Source: Colwellia polaris
Lineage (GTDB): Archaea > Nanohalarchaeota > Nanosalinia > Nanosalinales > Nanosalinaceae
DNA: 32,300 nt
Direction of reading: 5' to 3'
Assembly (NCBI GenBank): GCA_047617785.1
Contig: JBLGBK010000009.1
Location: 1-32,300, forward strand
Shown here: positions 7,933 to 15,557 of the stretch, one piece after another
Layout: every line of letters starts with the position of its first letter
How positions within the stretch are numbered: the first letter of the stretch is position 1
Program-made: the position numbers and the translations under genes
The notes under the pieces: generated by a model
Told to the model about the DNA's origin: nothing
Seen by the model: only the letters and a program-made list of their open reading frames with translations
Database searches by the model: none

Positions 7933-8190
7933 ATGGCTTATACCGAGATTACTTATCCAGAATCGGATTCAGGCACTCAGGAAATGGATCCTGATTTAGC
8001 AGAGTATTACGACCGGTTGATCAAGTTCAATAGTGGTTCTGAAGGAGTTACTCAGTATATGGGGATTGATGGAAAAGATTTGAAGGTCGCCATAGAGAAA
8101 GAAGATGATTTGAAATTCCATATTGAGGCATACGAAGAAGTAGGAAGTAAGATTCCAGGATTTAACATGGGATTAAGCACTCTAACTTAG
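7933..8190 (+). CDS. Small acidic hypothetical protein
   Basis: 85 aa ORF with genome-typical acidic composition that fills the intergenic space. 4-bp convergent overlap with the SDR gene. Confidence 0.6.
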   Translation: MAYTEITYPESDSGTQEMDPDLAEYYDRLIKFNSGSEGVTQYMGIDGKDLKVAIEKEDDLKFHIEAYEEVGSKIPGFNMGLSTLT

Positions 8191-9107
8191 ATTTCGAAGT
8201 CTATTCCTGTGAGTTCTTCGCTGACCCTCCACAGCTTTTCAGCAGTTCCTTCATCATAAGACTCTTCCGAGGATTCCTGTTTCTCAGGATAACCTCTCAT
8301 ATTCTTGAATCCGTTAGGTCCGATATAGTCTCCACTCTTCGCTCTTTCACTGGTAGCTGCGTAAAGCATCGGTAAGGTGCCTTTCTCTGCGCTCTGTGCC
8401 AGCACTTTGTTAGCTGCTTTCATCATGTATTTCTTCAGCGTAGAACCTTCTTTTTCAGGCCCTCTTGACTGCAGATTAGTTGCTGCATATCCAGGATGAC
8501 AGGCAAGAGCTTCAATATCGGTATCTGATAGTTTGCGATCAAGTTCGTATGTGAAGAGAACGTTTGCGAGCTTAGAGTCCCCGTAGACCTTCATAGGCTC
8601 GTAGCTCTCTTCGTGCATCAGATCGTCGAAGTTCAGTTCCCCACGTTCATGCAAGGCAGAGCTCTGATTTACTATGCGTGCTTCATTAGCTTCTTCAAGT
8701 GCTGGTATCAGTTGTGCAGTCAGTGCAAAGTGTCCAAGGTGGTTTACACCAAACTGTTTTTCAAAACCGTCTTCTGTTTCCTCTCGCGGTATTGCCATGA
8801 TACCTGCGTTGTTACACAATATATCTAGTTCTTCATTATTAGCTTTGAACTCTTCAGCGAAGTCTCTCACTGATTGAAGGCTAGCAAGATCCATTTTTTT
8901 GACCTGCAGATCAGCGTCTTCAAATTCTGCTTCAATATCCTGTTTGGCATTTTTTCCTCTTTCAATACTTCTGCATGCCATTACTACCTGTGCCTGTTTT
9001 TGTGCAAACTTTTTCGTGGCTTCAAATCCGAGTCCGGAGTTTGCTCCTGTTACTACTACGGTTTTTCCCTTGAGGTCTGGCATATCATCTGCGGTCCAGT
9101 TTATCAT
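8187..9107 (-). CDS. Short-chain dehydrogenase/reductase (retinol-dehydrogenase/WWOX-like)
   Basis: TGANSGLG, NNAG, FGVNHLGHF, catalytic YGDSK (YxxxK) and HPG motifs. Confidence 0.93.
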   Translation of the reverse strand: MINWTADDMPDLKGKTVVVTGANSGLGFEATKKFAQKQAQVVMACRSIERGKNAKQDIEAEFEDADLQVKKMDLASLQSVRDFAEEFKANNEELDILCNNAGIMAIPREETEDGFEKQFGVNHLGHFALTAQLIPALEEANEARIVNQSSALHERGELNFDDLMHEESYEPMKVYGDSKLANVLFTYELDRKLSDTDIEALACHPGYAATNLQSRGPEKEGSTLKKYMMKAANKVLAQSAEKGTLPMLYAATSERAKSGDYIGPNGFKNMRGYPEKQESSEESYDEGTAEKLWRVSEELTGIDFEI

Positions 9108-9149
9108 AAGAAGTAAGTGATAGCCAACTGTTGTAGGTCTTTCGGTTAT

Positions 9150-9392
9150 CTATAGATTGACGGTTTCGCCATCCAGTTTGATTTCTGCGTCTTCTTGAAG
9201 CATCAGTGAGAACTCGTCTTTGAACAGCCCGATCAGGTATGCGTTCTCCCATTCAAGCCCTTTGTCTTTCATTTCAAGCTCTAGTTTCTCTTCAGGATCT
9301 TCTGCTTCCGAAAGTTCCTCAGTGTCAAGATTTGCATGTATGAATACGATGTCTTCGTCTCCACGACTGAAGTCGATATTGGATTTATCCAT
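9150..9392 (-). CDS. Small, very acidic hypothetical protein
   Basis: 80 aa. Starts 6 bp after the ABCE1 stop codon, so it is probably co-transcribed. Confidence 0.65.
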   Translation of the reverse strand: MDKSNIDFSRGDEDIVFIHANLDTEELSEAEDPEEKLELEMKDKGLEWENAYLIGLFKDEFSLMLQEDAEIKLDGETVNL

Positions 9393-9398
9393 TAATTA

Positions 9399-11189
9399 TC
9401 ATTTCTCGTAGTATTCGCCATCCTGGCGTTGTTCACGGTCCTTCTGACTTCCTGGTTTGTTGGCTCGTGGCCTTCCTGTATCAGGGTCTTTTCTGAATGT
9501 GATGTTGACTTCTTCTAAGAAACTGTCCATAGCATCCCCGATTTTCACGGGTTCTGCTGTTTTTCCGTTTTCTCCTGGTTCGCCTTTGAATACCATTCCA
9601 CGATCTGCTATGTAATCAAGCAGTAAAAGGTCGTGATCAATAACCATCAAAGGCTTCTCGGATTTACGCGCGAAACGTTTCAGCATACGACCGAGCTCTA
9701 CACGTGCTTCAACGTCAAGGTAAGCTGAAGGCTCATCCAGTAGGTAGACATCTGCGTCACGTGAGAGACAGATTGCAATTCCTACTCTCTGTAGTTCTCC
9801 TCCTGAAAGTTCTTTCAGGTCCTGCTCGTAGAGTTCTTCAAGTTTGAGAGGGTTCTCGATCCGGTTCTCGAATCTCTTGCTGTTAAGGTTGGCGTGCTGG
9901 CTTACTGCGTCCCGTACTGTGCTGTTGCTGGCTTCTAGGTACTGTGGTTTATATGAGATTGATAGATCGCTGGATTCTCCTTCATCAGGTTCTATAGCGC
10001 CAGCAAGTATTTTGGCAAAGACTGTTTTTCCAAGTCCATTCTCTCCGAAGATTGCCAGTATTTCTTCTTCGTGGAGCTTGCCGGGGGCTGTTTCCAGTTT
10101 GAACTCTTCTTCTCCAAAGTCTTTCTTGAATTCTGGGAAGCTTAGTACAACAGGTTTGTTTTCTACCTGGCTTCTCTTAGTCCTGTCGAACTTGATTTTG
10201 TTGCTTCTGAACCTTATGTTGTCAGAGGGCAGGTAGCCGTCTAGGTAGTTGTTGATTCCTTCTTTCGTGGATTGTGCGTCAGATACCATTCCGTAGCTTC
10301 CAGGTTCTCCGTAGAAGATGTGTATTCCATCTGAGATAAGATCGAGTGTTGCCAGGTCGTGCTCTACGGCCATGGCTTTTTCCTCTTCTCCGAGGTCTCT
10401 TATCTCTTCTCCGACTTTCAGCCTCTGTTTTACGTCCAAGAAGGATGATGATTCGTCGAACATGTATAGTTCGGCGTCTTTCAGAAGTGTTGCTGCGATT
10501 GACACTCTCTGTAGTTCTCCTCCTGAAAGGTGCTGTATTTCTCTGTCTAGTAAGTGTTTGATGTCAAGTTTTTCTGCGGTTTCTTCTAGTTCTCCGCGTT
10601 CATCTGCCTTTTCAAGCAGTTCCCGTACTTCACCTTCGTATCGGTCAGGTATTCTTTCTACCTGCTGTGGTTTGTATGCGTAGTCAACTCCTTCTTCCTC
10701 CAGTTTCTGGAAATGGTTCTGGAGTCCGGTTCCACGGTATTTCTTTAGTATTTCTTCCCATTCAGGCGGGTTTTTCCATTTGCCGAGGTTGGGGGTGATC
10801 TGTCCGCTAAGTATTTTGAGTGAGACGGATTTTCCAATTCCGTTCTCTCCAATTAGTCCTACTACGCGGCCTTGGTCAGGTGCTGGCATGTCGTATAGAC
10901 GGAAGCTGTTTTCGTCGAACTGGTGGACTTTTTCTCCTTCTTCTGCAGGAAGTTGTATCATTTTGATGGCGTCTTCGTATGGGTATTTGTTTATTGCCAT
11001 CTTGTGGGCTTCCATGACGTCTTGGTCGTCGATGTGCAGTTCTCCTTCTTCGTTGAGGTAGAATCCGCCTTCTTTTCCTGCACGGTTTAGTGGATCGTAG
11101 TTTATGACTGTTTCTCTTGCCAGGTCTGGTTCGATCTTGTCCTGGTCGATCACTACGATGAACTTGTTGGAGTTTTTACCCGATGCCAT
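9399..11189 (-). CDS. rli1: Ribosome recycling ATPase ABCE1/Rli1 with an N-terminal Fe-S domain lacking cysteines
   Basis: Two ABC cassettes (GENGIGKS, GENGLGKT, LSGGELQRV twice), FRLY..P.P, and the ABCE1-specific C-terminus ITFRKDPDTGRPRANKPGSQKDREQ...GEYY. Confidence 0.95.
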   Translation of the reverse strand: MASGKNSNKFIVVIDQDKIEPDLARETVINYDPLNRAGKEGGFYLNEEGELHIDDQDVMEAHKMAINKYPYEDAIKMIQLPAEEGEKVHQFDENSFRLYDMPAPDQGRVVGLIGENGIGKSVSLKILSGQITPNLGKWKNPPEWEEILKKYRGTGLQNHFQKLEEEGVDYAYKPQQVERIPDRYEGEVRELLEKADERGELEETAEKLDIKHLLDREIQHLSGGELQRVSIAATLLKDAELYMFDESSSFLDVKQRLKVGEEIRDLGEEEKAMAVEHDLATLDLISDGIHIFYGEPGSYGMVSDAQSTKEGINNYLDGYLPSDNIRFRSNKIKFDRTKRSQVENKPVVLSFPEFKKDFGEEEFKLETAPGKLHEEEILAIFGENGLGKTVFAKILAGAIEPDEGESSDLSISYKPQYLEASNSTVRDAVSQHANLNSKRFENRIENPLKLEELYEQDLKELSGGELQRVGIAICLSRDADVYLLDEPSAYLDVEARVELGRMLKRFARKSEKPLMVIDHDLLLLDYIADRGMVFKGEPGENGKTAEPVKIGDAMDSFLEEVNITFRKDPDTGRPRANKPGSQKDREQRQDGEYYEK

Positions 11190-11246
11190 GATATTTTCTT
11201 TGACCTTAACACTCTTAACTTATCTTTGAAAAATTGTTCTTTGTCT

Positions 11247-11849
11247 ATGATGCTGACCACGCATATCTTGGCAGGGGCTTCTCTTGGTCTGTTATTTCTA
11301 TCTTCTGATCCGGAAGTTGTTTTTCCTGTTATGATTGTAGGGCTTTTTGGAAGTATTTTTCCGGACTTAGATATGTTTGCAGAGCATAGGAAGACTCTTC
11401 ATAGACCTTTCCAGATGCTTATAGTCTCTGCTTTATTTGCTCTGGTCTTCACAGTATATTCGGTTCAAGCTATTCTTCTTGCCGCGGTTTTCACATTTTC
11501 CATGTCTTTGCACTGTTTCATGGATATCCTTAGTAATGGGAAGACCATGCATCCACGGACTGATCCTGACGATCGCGCAGTTTACAATAGAGTGACAGAT
11601 TCGTGGATAGAGCCTAGAAGGTTTGTACTAGATGGTTCGGTTCCCGATATGATTTTGACAATCGTCTTTGGTATCATATTAGTAGTTCTTCTTCCAAGTT
11701 ATTCTATGGTTTTTTACACTTTCATGGGTGCAGGCGTGTTATATACGCTCTTGACTTTTCGCTTAAGAAATCGTTATGCAGATTATGATAGGTACTCTCA
11801 GATTATACAGAAGAAGGTTGGTTTAGGGCCTGAAGTGTCTCCTGATTAG
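11247..11849 (+). CDS. Membrane-bound metal-dependent hydrolase (YdjM-like)
   Basis: MMLTTH...GSIFPDLD...HRKTLH...SLHCFMD motifs with multiple TM helices. The start is probably ATG 11247 or 11250. Confidence 0.8.
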   Translation: MMLTTHILAGASLGLLFLSSDPEVVFPVMIVGLFGSIFPDLDMFAEHRKTLHRPFQMLIVSALFALVFTVYSVQAILLAAVFTFSMSLHCFMDILSNGKTMHPRTDPDDRAVYNRVTDSWIEPRRFVLDGSVPDMILTIVFGIILVVLLPSYSMVFYTFMGAGVLYTLLTFRLRNRYADYDRYSQIIQKKVGLGPEVSPD

Positions 11850-11923
11850 AAATAGTTTTTTCTGACCGATTTCGGTTCTGTAGTCTTCAAATGAAGAAAA
11901 TGGTGGAGAAGAGGAAAAAGGTG

Positions 11924-12427
11924 TTACTCGAAGGAGAGTTCGTATTCTTCGCCGGTTATTTCCTCTACAACGTGTTCGAATTCTTCGTTGCTCATGTTGA
12001 TCTTTCCTTCGTATTCCTCATCTACAACGATTTTCTTGCTCTGTCCATCAGGCTTGAAAACTGTGTTGATTGATTGGATCTCTGCTGGACTGAGTAGCCC
12101 TTGAATAACTTCTCTGTTGTCTTCTGATTTCTCAACAATTCTGATTGACTTGTCGACTTGGCTTGCGATCTCTTTGACGATTTCTCCGCCCTTTCCTACG
12201 ACTTTAGCTCCGTCGCCTTGTGCTGTGACGATTACTATAACGTTTTCTGTATCGATTGCTTTGATGATCTCGCTGTCTCGAAGCGATCCATAGTCGTTGC
12301 TGAGATCGTGTAGAATTCTTGAGATTTTTATGTCGAGTTCTGTTATCTCGTCGTTATCGAGCTTCTCCTGACATCCACTGCACAGGACGTCGCTCTTTAG
12401 ACATACGTTACATATTGGTGCCTTCAT
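11924..12427 (-). CDS. Archaeal NusA-like KH-domain protein with an N-terminal Cys4 zinc motif
   Basis: PICNVCLKSDVLCSGC plus the KH GxxG loop VVGKGGEIVKEIA...KSIRIVE. Confidence 0.85.
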   Translation of the reverse strand: MKAPICNVCLKSDVLCSGCQEKLDNDEITELDIKISRILHDLSNDYGSLRDSEIIKAIDTENVIVIVTAQGDGAKVVGKGGEIVKEIASQVDKSIRIVEKSEDNREVIQGLLSPAEIQSINTVFKPDGQSKKIVVDEEYEGKINMSNEEFEHVVEEITGEEYELSFE

Positions 12428-12489
12428 ACATAGGAAGGGTTAGTGAAAAATTAAATACCTGAGCCCTATTACCTGTTTTTCTGTGGCTT

Positions 12490-12999
12490 CTAGAATTGTT
12501 TCTTTAGATCTGTTGCTTTGATTATTAGTTCGGCTTCCTGGTAAACTGCTACTATCACTATCAGTAGCACTCCCCAGAATCCGAAATGAGGGTTGAGACC
12601 TGAGATAAGCAGGGTTATAGAAGCTATAAGACCTAATTCTACGCTTTCAAAACTCAGCTTGTACGTTTTGTTTAGCTGATTCCTAATCCCTAGTTTAGTT
12701 AGTAGGAGCAAGCTGAATGAGAACAAGCTGATAACGCTTAGGTATAGAGGTACTGTTGGTATTGTGGCTGCGGTAGCTACAAGTCCGAGAAAAAGGATGT
12801 TCTCTTGCAGTATAAGTGATACTTTGGTATATCGGTCACGTCCCTGCTTATTTGCGATCGATAGTGTTTTTCTGTATATTACTATGGCTGAGATAGCAGT
12901 GATTCCTGCAGCAGTTAGATTTACAGTTGAAAGTACAACCGTGCTTATGAATGCAAGAAAGGTCGTGATGTATAAACCAGTAAATCTGTTTCCAGCCAT
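12490..12999 (-). CDS. Hypothetical integral membrane protein (~5 TM helices)
   Basis: 169 aa, predominantly hydrophobic, with no confident family motif. Confidence 0.65.
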   Translation of the reverse strand: MAGNRFTGLYITTFLAFISTVVLSTVNLTAAGITAISAIVIYRKTLSIANKQGRDRYTKVSLILQENILFLGLVATAATIPTVPLYLSVISLFSFSLLLLTKLGIRNQLNKTYKLSFESVELGLIASITLLISGLNPHFGFWGVLLIVIVAVYQEAELIIKATDLKKQF

Positions 13000-13105
13000 T
13001 AAGTTATTACTTACAAGTTAAACCTAATAACGCTTACCATAGAGAGTCTTGTCCGAGAACTTGGCCAGAGTGTAAATGTTAGTTAAAGAAAATAGGAAAA
13101 ATTCT

Positions 13106-13206
13106 CCAGGCAGAAAGGTGACAGAGCCCTCGCTCTGTTCGAAAGGGGGGGAGGGGAGTTTTCGATTTAGCAAGAGTTTGAGAGCTCTGCCATCCTTTCC
13201 ACCTGG
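13106..13206 (-). ncRNA. Putative rod-shaped structured RNA immediately 3' of ftsZ
   Basis: 26-bp stem with four G·U pairs and one bulged A that forms fully only on the minus strand. Inner UCGAAA/UUUCGA stem with a C-rich loop. Followed by U-rich tracts. Confidence 0.65.
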
Positions 13207-13226
13207 TAGCATAAATTACTAGGTGC

Positions 13227-14294
13227 TTATTCTAGCACCTCTAAACCTAAGTCGTTTACGTTGCCGGAAACCTCTGTTTCTTCCTGATCTTCGATATCGC
13301 CCAGTACGTATGGGCTTTCTACTCCGGTAACGATTGATATAACCTGTAGCTTACCTTTCAGCTCTTCCTTGATTCGTGCACCCCAGATAACCTGTGCGGA
13401 AGTGTCAAGCTTGCCTTTTACTCTTTGACCTACATCGTTGATTTCATTTAGTGTCAGGTCTTGTCCGCCTGCTACGTGCAGGAGTGCTCCGTTTGCTCCG
13501 TCGAACTCTACGTCGAGGAGTGGGTTGGATAGTGCTTCATGGATCGCTTCTTCTCCTTTGTTGTTTGTATCTGATTCTCCGTATCCTACTACTGCGACTC
13601 CTCCTTCGTTCATGATTGCTTGGACGTCTGCGTAGTCAAGGTTGACTAGTGAAGGCTTGCTGATGGTTTCTGTGATTCCTTTGATCATTGTGGTGATAAG
13701 TTCGTCCGCTACTCCGAATGCCTGATCGAGGGGCATGTCGCCTGCGATGTCAAGTAGCTTGTCGTTTTCGATCACGATTGCTGTGTCTACGTGTTGTCTT
13801 AGTTTGTATAGGCCTTCTTCTGCTTTGCTCATTCGTGCGCCTTCGATTTCGAAAGGCATTGTTACTGTTCCAATCACGATGCAGCCTTCTTTCTTTGCAA
13901 TCTCTGCTAGGACTGGTGATACTCCTGTTCCTGTTCCTCCTCCAAGTCCTGCGGTGAGGAATACCATGTCTGCGTCTTTGAACAGGTTACGTAGTTCTGC
14001 ACGGTTTTCTTCTGCTGCTCGTGCTCCTTTTTCTGGGTGTCCTCCTGCTCCAAGTCCTTTTGTTAGGTCTCGGCCGACCAGTATTTTACGGTCTGCGGAA
14101 GACATCTGAAGGTGCTGCTTGTCCGTATTAATTGCGACAGTTTCAGCTCCTTCTACTTCTTTATTTTGGATTCGGGTGACCTGGTTGTTTCCAGCTCCTC
14201 CGGCTCCTACTACTATGATTTTAGCATCTTTTACGTCTTCGAGGTTCTGTGTTTCAGCTCCCTCGTTGCCAGCGTTGTCAATTATGGATTCCAT
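13227..14294 (-). CDS. ftsZ: Cell division protein FtsZ
   Basis: [13 protein letters not shown], tubulin signature [15 protein letters not shown] and VIWGA. The likely start is ATG 14294 (MESIID...). Confidence 0.97.
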   Translation of the reverse strand: MESIIDNAGNEGAETQNLEDVKDAKIIVVGAGGAGNNQVTRIQNKEVEGAETVAINTDKQHLQMSSADRKILVGRDLTKGLGAGGHPEKGARAAEENRAELRNLFKDADMVFLTAGLGGGTGTGVSPVLAEIAKKEGCIVIGTVTMPFEIEGARMSKAEEGLYKLRQHVDTAIVIENDKLLDIAGDMPLDQAFGVADELITTMIKGITETISKPSLVNLDYADVQAIMNEGGVAVVGYGESDTNNKGEEAIHEALSNPLLDVEFDGANGALLHVAGGQDLTLNEINDVGQRVKGKLDTSAQVIWGARIKEELKGKLQVISIVTGVESPYVLGDIEDQEETEVSGNVNDLGLEVLE

Positions 14295-14374
14295 TGGGTG
14301 TATCAGCCTGCGGTGTAGTTGCACCTAACCTTTTTAAGTCGGTATAGGTAATTCTACCTTAGAACAAAGTCAAA

Positions 14375-14520
14375 CGTCTTTTGCCCAAAAGACGAATAAT
14401 TCGATACTTGATTTCGAGTTTGCCCAAACTCGATTTGCCCGATTGACCTTGAATCGAACTCGTGCCCGCGAGTCGAAAGGTCGTGAACTTCGAATCATGT
14501 GCCCGCATGATCTAAAGTTC
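14375..14520. ncRNA. Array of stem-loops sharing a TGCCC(A/G) loop (putative ncRNA or ftsZ leader)
   Basis: Hairpins at 14375-14394, 14414-14433, 14458-14473 and 14494-14511 have different stem sequences but the same GCCC loop. A fifth TGCCCG occurs at 14436-14441. Confidence 0.7.
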
Positions 14521-14582
14521 GGACGAATCTTCTATACTAACTTATTCTCGAAAGCTGTTTATAAATGTTTGCACGGTAGGGT

Positions 14583-14601
14583 GACTGTTCACGACTGTTC
14601 A
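14583..14601. promoter_or_regulatory. Tandem GACTGTTCA direct repeat (10-bp period) near a TTTATAAA box
   Basis: GACTGTTCA at 14583-14591 and 14593-14601. Palindromic TTTATAAA at 14558-14565 in the divergent ftsZ/gatC region. Confidence 0.3.
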
Positions 14602-14686
14602 TTGCACTACAATACAATTGTCTCAAGAGCTCGACCATCTTCAAAGGTTAGTTGTATAAAGAATTTCCTTCTCAAACATGTTTGTA

Positions 14687-14965
14687 ATGGTAGATGCTGA
14701 AGACGTAAAAGACGTGGCAGAGAACGCCAGAATCAACCTGGAAGACGACGAAGCCGAAGAATTCGCAGAAGAATTCGAAGACATACTCGACATGTTCGAA
14801 ACACTTGATGACGTCGATACAGAGGACGTAGAACCATCATTTCATCCTATAGAAGTATCACCTCAAACTAGGAAAGATGAGGTAGAGGAAACACTAGATG
14901 AAGACGAAGTGTTCCAGAACACCGATAACGAAGAAGACGGAATGTTCAAAGGACCTTCAGCCTAA
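14687..14965 (+). CDS. gatC: Asp/Glu-tRNA amidotransferase subunit C
   Basis: EDVKDVAENARINL...LDDVDTEDVEP...RKDEV...EDGMFKGP is the GatC pattern. Lies upstream of gatA and gatB. Confidence 0.92.
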   Translation: MVDAEDVKDVAENARINLEDDEAEEFAEEFEDILDMFETLDDVDTEDVEPSFHPIEVSPQTRKDEVEETLDEDEVFQNTDNEEDGMFKGPSA

Positions 14966-15000
14966 AAACTTTCTAAACTCTCTTTCTACAATCTCTGTAC

Positions 15001-15501
15001 ATGAAGCTGGGAATAGTATCAGATACACATGATAACCTGGAAAAAGCCAGAGCAGCAGTCAAATTCTTCAACTCAGAAAATATAGGTAACGTCATTCACT
15101 GCGGAGATATTGTCTCACCTTTTACCGCAGGAATCTTCGATTCGAACTTTGATTTCCACTACGTAAGAGGAAACAACGATGGCGAATGGAACCTCAAACA
15201 GGTAATACAGGAGTTCGGAAACTTCTATAACAATATCGCAGAACTGCAGATCGACGGTAAAAACTTTGCAGTATACCATGGTACAGAAGGGGAAATAGTC
15301 CAAGCGCTAGTTGAATCAGGAAACTATGACTACGTTCTCAGAGGACATACACACAAGAGAAAACATGAAGAACACGAAAATACTGTAGAGATAAACCCTG
15401 GCGGCATCCAGCTACCTGATCAGGATGAACAGTTCTCTGTAGCAATACTTGACACAGATACAGGAGAGGTAAACTTCCACAATTACAGCCAGATAAAATA
15501 G
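15001..15501 (+). CDS. YfcE/MJ0936-family metallophosphoesterase
   Basis: SDTHDN, HCGD, VRGNND, YHG, GHTH and INPG motifs. Confidence 0.92.
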   Translation: MKLGIVSDTHDNLEKARAAVKFFNSENIGNVIHCGDIVSPFTAGIFDSNFDFHYVRGNNDGEWNLKQVIQEFGNFYNNIAELQIDGKNFAVYHGTEGEIVQALVESGNYDYVLRGHTHKRKHEEHENTVEINPGGIQLPDQDEQFSVAILDTDTGEVNFHNYSQIK

Positions 15502-15557
15502 ATATATCCGGAGCTCCACCGGTTGAATTTTTAAGATTCCTCTAGAACCCATTTTGT

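Noticed and set aside
9844-11061. Antisense ORFs over ABCE1, and similar ones over ftsZ, gatB, pyk, ligA, polX and mat
   Set aside because: Ser/Phe-rich shadow frames are expected opposite acidic GAA/GAT-rich genes.
12490-12999. Degenerate CDP-alcohol phosphatidyltransferase
   Set aside because: Only size and topology are suggestive. The DG..AR...G...D...D motif is absent.
13106-13206. Rod structure as 5S rRNA, SRP RNA or RNase P RNA
   Set aside because: It lacks the multi-helix 5S layout, the SRP helix-8 motif and the RNase P conserved regions. Resemblance is limited to a few nucleotides. An Rfam scan would settle it.
13024-13212. 62-aa ORF downstream of ftsZ
   Set aside because: Basic, non-acidic composition unlike real genes here, and it coincides with the structured element.
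14375-14520. Hairpin array as a CRISPR or mini-CRISPR array
   Set aside because: There are no identical 25-40-nt repeats. Only the 4-6-nt loop is shared, the period (~40 nt) is too short, and no cas genes are in the window.
14443-14700. 85-aa ORF upstream of gatC
   Set aside because: TTG start, Arg/Lys/Cys-rich atypical composition, and it overlaps the hairpin array and the gatC start.
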